From the NCBI GenBank assembly GCA_028023455.1, contig JAQFVV010000008.1, forward strand, positions 15,500,001 through 15,564,000: a DNA stretch of 64,000 nucleotides. The letters run 5' to 3'. This DNA comes from Epiperipatus broadwayi. Its lineage: Eukaryota; Animalia; Onychophora. How positions within the stretch are numbered: the first letter of the stretch is position 1; each line of letters starts with the position of its first letter. Positions 54,243 to 64,000 of the stretch are shown here, in pieces. Under the pieces are notes generated by a model, which was not told the DNA's origin, searched no databases, and was given only the letters and a program-made list of their open reading frames with translations. The position numbers were made by a program, and so were the translations under genes.

Positions 54243-56458
54243 CTTTAATAGCCAACTTTATTTCAATAAACTATTCAAACATATATAATAAATATTTTAA
54301 TACTCTATGGTTTTGAATTCAAGCCAAATTAGTTATCAGAAACTATACATTTTAGTGACTTTAGTCATTTGTTAATTATAGACAGATATAAACTAGAAAA
54401 CTTTGCAAATCATAACTTGCCCACTGTAAATCATTGTACTAGATCTCATTACAATAGTTGTCTCATAAATAGAATTAAAAAAAGAACCTAAATAGATATG
54501 AATCATATAATAAATCAAATCACATGCTAAAACAATGTTAAGAATTTCATTACTTCTGATCTGACGATTTTGTCAACTTCATGTCAAACAATTAATGGCC
54601 AATATATCTAAAACACTGGATTCCATCAATGTCAATGTGCAAATAAATTACTAATAAATCTTTTTTGCAAACAGTGTAGTATATTAACTCAATTTCATAA
54701 TATGCTACCAATTAGAGTGAAATCCTCCTACTCCTTAGAAAAAGTTTTTATACATTTTATTGGACAATCAATTTATTAATAAAGAAGTATCTGATCTCTT
54801 TTAACTGAAGATGATTCTATTATAAATGCTAATTGATTCCCACCATTCGAAATTAACTTAAGTAGAAGGTGCTTTGAGGCACAATTGGGTATGACTCAAA
54901 TAATCACAGAATTCTCTAATTTTATACAAAAAAGTAACTGAAAATATTAACAAACACAACACATCTACGAACTTATCCTATTCAAACACTAATTCTTTAC
55001 AATTTAAAACCACAAGATATTCAAACACTAAATCTTTAAAATGCTCTTATCTTTGGATTATTTTGGATTTTCCTTGCTTGAATAAGAAAATAATATATAT
55101 TATCAAAAAAAAAATCACATATTCACTTTTTCCTCATATATGTTTATCCAATCACAATCAAAAATAACAAACGTAAATATTTTGACAGATTAATTCTTTA
55201 AAAAAATTACATCTTTCTCGAACAAAAATTCATTCCAACTTACTAGATTCATAAACTCATATTACACTGACTCTTCATATTGTAATTAATTATGCTAATA
55301 ATTTGACAGACATGACAGAATTGATTTTGAGACAGCAATCAACAATATCTTTCTGCTCTCTCTCTCTCTCTCTCACTCTGATTTTTATTATTTAAACATC
55401 AAATTTCTATTATGGTATACATAAAAACATAGCATCAAAAATTGTTTCTCTTAAAAATATTACTAATTGTTAAAATTACCAGTGTATTAACAAGAATCTA
55501 AACTGATCTTCTGATCCTTTAAGAATACATATGGGTTTTAATGCAGTGAATTTCAGGTCAAAAATTATTTGTCTTTATCCTTTCTTTGTGAGTTTCAATA
55601 TCTGCTAATAATATTATCCACTATTAACATAAATTGACACTCAAAGGCTTTTTATAAAAATTGATCTATTTAGTAATAATTATTTTTTCTATCAATATAT
55701 GTAGAGATCTCCACCCAATTTTCTTGGAATTCTTCTGGTACTCTCTTAGATGAAAATCAGTACAAAACTAAATTATACTCATAAATATGTACAGATTCAA
55801 CACAAATATGTTATATTATAATGTTACTATATTCGATATACTTTATTTCCAAGCAAATAACAACAAAGTTATGGCCAATATTTCTGCAAGAAAATTTCTA
55901 AATTGCTGTTTGTATTGAGAAATCCCATCATGTAAATGTACTATATCTTGTTGATCTAAATTCAACATGGTCTGGATTATATATACAAGCTACAGCATTC
56001 AGAAAATTTTAATGATACTTTAAGCATAAGATTTATATTTCAGAGAGTATGTAACGGAGACATTTATACAGTTTAAATACTCATTCTTATTAAATTGAAA
56101 TCGCCAATATTATAATACTCTCAATATCTTAAATTTGGCAGCAACAATTTATAAAAACATTGTCTATAAATTTAATATCATCAATTCATAAAAAAAAAAA
56201 AAACCACCATGAAATAGATAAGTTATAAAATCAGGGTATATTACTAGTAGAAAATTCATATATAAAATATATATTTCACTCTCCCACCATTTTGCCAAAG
56301 AAATTTTATACAACTTTTTTTTTTTTTTTTACTAAATACTTTATCAAAAAAAAAATAATTTTAAAAACTTAAGTTAAAGATGATTCTATCACAATGAAAA
56401 ATGTTTTGACTAACATAAATAAAACAACTGAAAATTTAGAAATACATTGGTAATTTAC

Positions 56459-56561
56459 TTTTGTCAAAATCGCAGTCAAAATCACAATCTGCTTCAGAAA
56501 TAACTTCTACGGAAGATAAACTTGACATATCCATTTCATGGTAGGAAGGTACTTGAGCATC
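56459..56561 (-). CDS. First coding exon of minus-strand RRM-like protein gene (ATG at 56534; MDMSSLSSVEVISEADCDFDCDFDK)
   Basis: tttttag acceptor, AAAA|gtaaat donor; only one frame is open; phase 1 joins exon 52014. Confidence 0.7.
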
Positions 56562-58457
56562 CTAAAAATAAGTATAAACAATATGTACAAATTTAAAAAA
56601 AAAAAAAAAGGTTTTAAATAGTTTAATACAAAATAAAGACTTATCAAATAGCTCTCCTATTTATTAATAAATAAAGAGAAGTCATTATTAATCTGGTTTT
56701 CTAATTCTCAATTGATGAGATATTTACAAGTTTTTAAATCCTTCTTTCCGTTTCTACTTAAGAATTTCTAGATATATATTTAATGACGAATAACAATACA
56801 GTTAAAAATCCATTGTAAATTAATCTTGTTGACAAGTGTAAACATGCATACCCGTACACATACATGCAAATACTATTTTCATTTCCTTAAAAAATAATCC
56901 CTATATAGTACATCAGCTATCTGTTTTAATATCTTGGAAATTTTAATTTTTTTAAAATATAAAATACCATCAAAACAATCCAAACTTCAATGTAAATGAA
57001 TTCATTTTACCTAATTATTATTTCATATTTTTATTTATCATTAGAAATTCATTTTTAAAAATAACTCTTAATTTACTTGCTTTCCATCAAAATATAACCT
57101 TGGGATCAAAAACTAATGAATATTATCTCAAAACATTGTTTTGCTTATAGTGAATTATATTTTAATGTTTTAATTTGCTTGTTTTGCAAAATTAAAAAAA
57201 AAAAACAGAAAAATTACAAACGCATTACTGTGATTTGTATTTTCTTCTCAAAGAAAATGGAATAAATTTATCACCTACATCAACAAAGCCAGTATACCAA
57301 GTACAATCTATAACAATAAAACTTCTGAATAGACAATCCTTGAATCATAACCTGCTTTAATTTTAACCATTATTATTTCTTCAATGAAGATGACTAGTAA
57401 TATCAACTGCCTGATGCTTTGGTGCACTTGTATTTTAGTTTTACAGAATATCAGAAATCAGTTGAATCTTTTCAATCAAAATTTATTTATTAAAAAGGTA
57501 AAATTATAATGTCAAATTTAATATACATGTTTGTCATACTTTAAATTATAAGCCTCTATCATATATATAATAAGATGCTCTAGTCTCACTGTCTGCAATA
57601 GAATTTAACCACCTCAAATAATTTAAATCTTTTACTTTGTAAAATACTGTATTGACAGACATAATGATACATAATATAAATGATTGTAAACTCTTTTAAA
57701 TACTTTATTAGATTGTAGAATATTTTTATCTTTTAATTGTGAAAATTTTTTTTACTATCTTTGGTTTTGATTTTAAAATAACTTCATTAAAAGCTAATGT
57801 ACAGTATTTAAAACATTTATTTCAATTATATTTTAATATTTAAAAATAATTAATTCCTAAAGTTAATTACAAAATGTTCAACTTTTATTTTGAAATTGAA
57901 AAAATCTCTTTGTCAGAGTAAAATTTACTATGCAGTTTACCAAATTTTCTGAATGCATCCAATTAATAGACATCAGGGTTTTTTTATAACAAATCATTTT
58001 TATATAATTTTTTGTTGTTGTTTTTGAAAAATATTATCCAATAATTTAGACTATAAAAGCTTGAAAATTCAGTTTAACAGTTTACTACTTTAGTAGTAGT
58101 ATATATTAGTAGGGAAAGTTAATGTTTAAAAAAATTATATTCTAGGAAGGCAGATACTGCTTTTATCCACTTTACTGCAATGTCAATTGTCTCAGAAATC
58201 ATTGAATTCTATCTGGTTACTATTTCTGATAAACGATTGACGGATGTGGTCCATAGAATTTCACTTCAAAAATAATTATACAAAAATATAAATTATTAGC
58301 TATAGGAAAAATTTAACAAAAACTTGACTCAGATAAGAAAAATACAAGCTGCAAAAAAATCTAATACTTTTTCATTCAGTTAATAATTTCTTCCAATCTC
58401 TCTATTAAAGTAGTCAATCTTAGCTTAAGATTGAGCTTCATGTTTCCACCTACTAAC

Positions 58458-58534
58458 CTGTGTTTAAACCCTATATCCCATCCCGCTCCTTTTGTGTTGT
58501 ATATATATTTTATGTATACATTTGAGATGCGCAT
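58458..58534 (-). other. Probable 5'UTR exon of the minus-strand gene
   Basis: tttag acceptor, CAG|gttagt donor; contains an in-frame TAA upstream of the 56534 ATG. Confidence 0.45.
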
Positions 58535-58699
58535 CTAAATTATAAAATTTTAGCTTTTAAATTAACATTTTTATTATTATTATTAATTTTATGATTATTA
58601 ATTCTTTTTATTAAAATATATAGGTGCAGTTCAAATATATATATTGTGTCAAGGCCAAATTGGCACATGTATATAAAATAATTTTGTCGTAAAAAAATT

Positions 58700-59468
58700 A
58701 TTAAAACAAAAAAATCTTCCATAAAAGAGTTGAAATAAAAGTTGAAAAATAATTGATTAAAAGTGGGAAGGGGTTTTTATTAAAGTTAAACTAAATGTTT
58801 TATAAAAGGAAGTAAAGTCTTTCCTAATTAGTATTCGTAAAAGTAAATGATTTAAAGTTTAAAAAAATATAAAAATCTCTTTTCATTCCAGTTTATTATA
58901 ATAAATTATATATGTGTGGCCGAATGTAAATAAATGTATGCGAATTAGAATAATATTAAAAAACTATATAAATGAAAGTTAAAAAAGAAATTATATTTGG
59001 AAAACACAGCGATGGCTATTAAGTTAAATAAAGATTTAAAAAAACCACATTAGCGGTGGGCTACTAATTAAAGATATAAAAACAATACGTTTATGAAAGC
59101 TACTACTAATTAATCAGTCTTTAAAAACACGTTGTCAAAGGATTAGTTATCAATGAAATTTCGACAACACTCATTTGCCGGAGGATATTAAAACAAAAAA
59201 CACTTTGTAGATATAAATAAATAGATTTTTATCGGAATTTTTTCAGTCTAGTTTCCAGTGACAGTCTTGTTTCAGTTCAGATATCAGTGTAGTTTCTATT
59301 ATATAATCCAGAACCAAAAATGCATTGTTGAGCAGCTTTTGGAAATATACGCTCGTGCTTCAGCCTTTTAGTCCAACAAGATCATCAAAACCTGCCTGTG
59401 AAATAATGTCTTCATAACAACTCAGAAATCCTCCATCAAATGTTCAACTGTTCCAAAAATCCTAGGTA
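58700..59468. promoter_or_regulatory. Candidate promoter region (possibly bidirectional) and plus-strand first exon
   Basis: Local retention of CpG in a CpG-poor background, TCAGT initiator-like motifs at ~59243 and ~59272, TAG|gtaaac donor at 59468/59469. Confidence 0.35.
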
Positions 59469-61511
59469 AACATTTTATTATTCTCATTCATATGTAGTAG
59501 CCACTACTGTAATTCGTAAAAATTCAAGATTCAAATTATATAAACTCTATAAGCATGCATAAAATGAACTATTGATATGCGTGTTTGTGAATGTTAGATA
59601 ATTTAAATGTTAAAAATTATTTTTTGCTCTTTCATAAAATATATCATAGTATATTAACTTAAAATATGTGTGTTATTTATAGATTTATAAAAATGTTTAT
59701 AATTTGTAAGTGTTAGTTAATAAATTGTCTTTAAAATTAAACTTTATTCATTGGTCAATTCTTTTTATCAATTCTTTTCCTATATTTTATTACTGATTAA
59801 AATTAGACTGGGCTAGTTTTTGGGATAGTTTCGAGCGCTGGATTATGAGCCTACTGACTAAATACGTTGTTTATTCTTCTGAATAGATAGCTGGTGCCCG
59901 GAATTTACTCCGAAACAAATAAAGTGTTTGGATAGTAGGGGTTTGAATCTAGCAGCCAAGGTAGGCCATTGTTGATAGTTAAAGCTATCAATAATATATC
60001 CCATTTTGCTCGAACGTGCCGGTTCATTCACGTAACATTTATAATTACATAAGATTATAAATGTGAATTATAAGAAGTTTGAAACCAGCCAAAACTTATA
60101 TACGTGTAAGTAAGTGGTTTCAGCGGTTCGACCCAGTACAATATATATATAGGAGCAAAATACTAACAAAATATTGAATTTTTGTAAATATTTTATTATA
60201 CATCATTTTTAAACTTTTTCCTTTTAAAGTACTTTTTCTTATTAAAATGTATGTTTTATAAAAACCAAGATGGAAGATGCTACAATTAATTGTCTAAAAA
60301 TAATTAAAGGGTTGGAAGCACTATTGCTTTAATCTGGGGAAGGTATTTTAATTAAAGTTTTTACTTAAAATGGGGATTAAGATTAAAGATTTTCTTTTAT
60401 AAACATTTTGTCAAATCTATTTCTAATCTGGAAATAGATTTGAATTTATTTTTGAATTTATTTTTGCATCTTCAAAAACAATCGATAAAGAAAAAGTAAA
60501 AATTTTAAGATGAGAGATTAGATTGTAAAGCTAAAACTAAGTGATTAAAAGCATTCCAAAAACACCTGGGCAGAGTATAAAATCGCTGTATTTTGAATCA
60601 GAGAGATTAGCAACTATTGAAAGAACTGCGGTGAACATAACTTATGCTGGTGTGAAAGTTAAAAAAATAATGATGTCGTAGTAAGTCCACCATCCTTCTC
60701 GGCCCTATTGGGTCATCATCTGCCACCGCCGTTGTATCATGCTCCCTAGAATGAAGTAAAGGCCCGATGGAGAACTTTGGAATGCTTTAGTAAATAGAAG
60801 CTTGCTGTCACATAAGAACTGCCATGCACAAGCTGGACTTTTTAATATGAACTCTTAAAATAGTGCAAGGTAAATTATTTCAAACCGCCACCATTGAAAC
60901 TAAATCTAGTTTGCCTAATTAATCTCGAATTCTACTATCAAGATTTCTCATGTATTATTTAATTTTGTCGTTTTAATCAATATGTAAAACATAATTTGCT
61001 CTGAAATGATTTCTATATATTTAATTTTCTCTCATATGCTCTCATTTTCTTTAATTTTGGTGCGGTCATTTATTTATAGTTATTTATCACTTAATTTTAT
61101 ATGTCAATTTTAGTTATTATTAATATGCCAATTTCAAACAATCTGACAAGTTGAATTTCTAAAATCTTTTCTTTTTTTAAAATAAACCTTCATGAATCAA
61201 GATTATTAACGTCCCTTTAAAATATATTGCGTTATTAATTAATACACTTGCCAGATTGTTTTTACGAGTCAACATTTTATTTATGTTTTAGTATAAAAAA
61301 ATATATTTGTTTAACTCTGGATTTTCTACCCAGGGTGAATCCAGAACTTAAGCTAATTAACACTTTGACATCTTTTAAAATGTTTTCTTTTTATTCAATT
61401 CTGAAAGAGTGACCCATTAATTATTTTCTATAACTGCCAGATCTACTTTTATTTTCCATACTCTTAAAATTTCAAATATTGTATTTAAATATTCCAGTTA
61501 CTATAAAAACC

Positions 61512-62297
61512 ACGACGGTGGGATTGAATTATTTTAAATATCAGAAAAGGAAAAGGGGCTAAATTTTAATATTTTATTATTTTAGTTATTAAGTAAATCT
61601 TAATGTTTCTTTTACTAGATAAAATCTTAACGTATATTTATTTAGAAAAATCTTTCTCTCTATATATATAACTGCATAGCGTATTATTTGTCTAAATTAT
61701 GGTATTCAAACAAGGGTCATTTATTTTTAAAGCAGTAAATCAGATTTCATGTCGTTATTGACATTCATTAGTACTGCGTTACTGACATCGGTCTGATCTT
61801 TGTGTTTTTATATATATGTTCTTCTTAATCTGGGGGTTGCAGCAAGATTGAACCCATAAATTTCTCATTATGTCCTGTCCCATGGGGATTTATTCCGTAT
61901 AAAATGCCTCTGGCAGTGATCATGTAAGTTTGGCATATGCTATGCATATCTACTTTCTTCATATAAAAGGCCTCTGGCAGTGATCCCTAAGTCTGGCAGT
62001 CGCTATACCTATCCAGTCTTCGTATCAAAGGCCTGCATGTCGGCGATGACCACAGCATGCCTATCCACTTCGTTTTCATCCAGAAGTATGACTTTTCCTG
62101 TTATTTTTAGGCTATTATGTCAACACCGCATTCTTCGTATTATTATTTCTTTTTGCTTCATGACCCAGTTTTAATGCTCTAATACTAAAAGTGCGCTTTG
62201 CTCAAAATATATATATATATATAAATGACAAATATTACTAGCTAGATTAATTACTAATATTATTTTAGTTTTATTATACAATCCCATCGTCGTATTT
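61512..62297. mobile_element. Putative non-autonomous TIR element with internal 50-64-bp tandem units
   Basis: acgacggtgggattg (~61512) vs caatcccatcgtcgt (~62280-62294); degenerate units start at 61896, 61960, 62021 and 62071. Confidence 0.5.
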
Positions 62298-64000
62298 TGT
62301 TATTTATCTATTTAAGAGTATTTGCCTTGGGAAAAATAAAGGGTTCTTCTTACCAGCGCTAATTAACAGAAGTTTCATTAAATATTTTGTCATATAATCA
62401 AATGTCATTTTCAAATATGTTTTCAAATGTATTTTATTTATTTTCACAACCTCAGTGGCGTGAAAATGTTTTGTATTATATCTGTAATGAATCTAGGAAT
62501 GCTCCCCTAAATAATGTTAGTCACCACGTATCAGAACCGTAATCCAAAGCGTTAATAGCAATATTATGTAATTCTTTCTAATAATCGCTTGGCATCTTAA
62601 TATTGGACCCACCAAAGATGTGTGTTTATTTATAATATATTATTTAGCTAATAAAGAGCATATGAGAAATATAGCGTGAATGACACTATGTAATCATCTA
62701 ATGCTTGCTCATTCACGCACATACTAATGTTTGCAATTAATTTATAAATGTATAATAATTTATCAATATATTAAACTAATTTTTATTGTCTAACTTGTCT
62801 GAGTAGTTTGAATTCCTCTTTTCTCCACTTCCAAAAGTACAGCCATGCTTATATATTTTAGTTTGGCCATAGTTAATAGATGTCTCTTTGTTTTGCTCAG
62901 CTTTGCTAGTCGGCCGGATTAAAATTAATTCTCATGTGCCATCACTATTATGTTATTCATTAGGTGTTTGATATGGGTCTTAGAGAGTGGGTTCGAATTC
63001 AGGCTGGTTCCTGACTTAAATCTCGGGCTTGACTGGGTTTGAAGTACATTTTGTGAGTTCCAGCCATGTTAGATGGATAAACATGTTTTGACCAATACAA
63101 TATATGTATGCTTTCTGGTGGAAGCTTCAGTAATACAATAGATGCCAGATAGTAGTGCTTAATAAATCTTTATTCAATGCTGTTCTATTCAAATATCCAC
63201 AAACTAGTTTCAAGTTTATGGCTTTCATTAGTAAGGGACTTTTGAATAGTGCACTTGGACATTTTGTATTTAATGCATTTTTCCTTTACAAGCCATTTTT
63301 TATTTTATGTCACACTAGCAAGCTACAAACACAAATTGAAAATGCTGTAAATTATTTCATTCCAAGTCAATATACTTGCATAGTTATAAAGAACTAAAAT
63401 CAGTTCATTTTCTATATATTATGGTGATCTCAGATTTTTAGCAACTTCAAAACTCAACAAATACTTGAAGGAAATCATCAAGTTAAATGATTTAAGACTT
63501 TATTAATCAAAGCCACATATAAAATACATTTGAGAATTCCCATTCAAAAAAAGTTTTAATAAACTTTAAATATACATGCAAACTAAATTCATGCATTATC
63601 TTGGGTAATTATCCAAACTCTAGTTATTTAATTTATTTAACAATTTTCATTAATTTCTATTTTTAAATTATAATCTATGTACTTGATATTCTCAATAAGT
63701 TCTTATATTTTAAAATTATATTTTAAAATATGTATATCTTTAACCTGGTTATTGGCGAACTTTTATACGAAGATTCACTATAGCAATCATCAATTTGTAC
63801 TCATTATTCTGATTTATAATTGATTGTTTATAATTAAAAGAGATTTGAACACAGACTTTCAAGCTTCCTTCGGTCATCCACTCTATCTTATATAACCAGT
63901 AAACATGAGCACATATATATGAAAAAGATAAATGATCTATATATGTATGTCATGCTGAATCAGCACATCAATTGGTCTGCATCATTTCCAACACATATAT

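Noticed and set aside
62980-63010. B-box-like GGTTCGAATTC; also an A-box-like ggtggcatagtgtaatgg at ~34675
   Set aside because: Isolated boxes without a cloverleaf or partner box.

Overview
Very AT-rich eukaryotic (animal, arthropod-like) genomic DNA. No prokaryotic operon structure, CRISPR array or rRNA was seen. The backbone is a large spliced minus-strand gene that I assembled by eye from canonical AG/GT exons with compatible phases: 58534-58458 (5'UTR), 56561-56459, 52014-51853, 23301-23047, 12163-12030 and 399-307, continuing off the left edge. It encodes an N-terminus with two RRM-like domains. Its introns are packed with decayed TEs: an RTEX-like LINE with PHD and SGNH-esterase ORF1, several RTE LINE pieces, a GTF2IRD2/Charlie-like hAT inserted into an RTE, MITEs and a tRNA-Gly pseudogene. 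Top finding: a 422-bp unit with a 131-bp terminal direct repeat (45159-45711) carrying a complete, canonical type I hammerhead ribozyme with an extended stem I, plus many hairpins. This looks like an integrated copy of a circular retrozyme-like RNA. The window also holds six fold-back (inverted, or tandem plus inverted) structures. Three carry Penelope GIY-YIG C-termini and several carry minimal or degenerate hammerhead motifs; one has head-to-head tRNA-like modules between the endonuclease and the ribozyme. All assignments come from manual reading; no database searches or folding programs were run.
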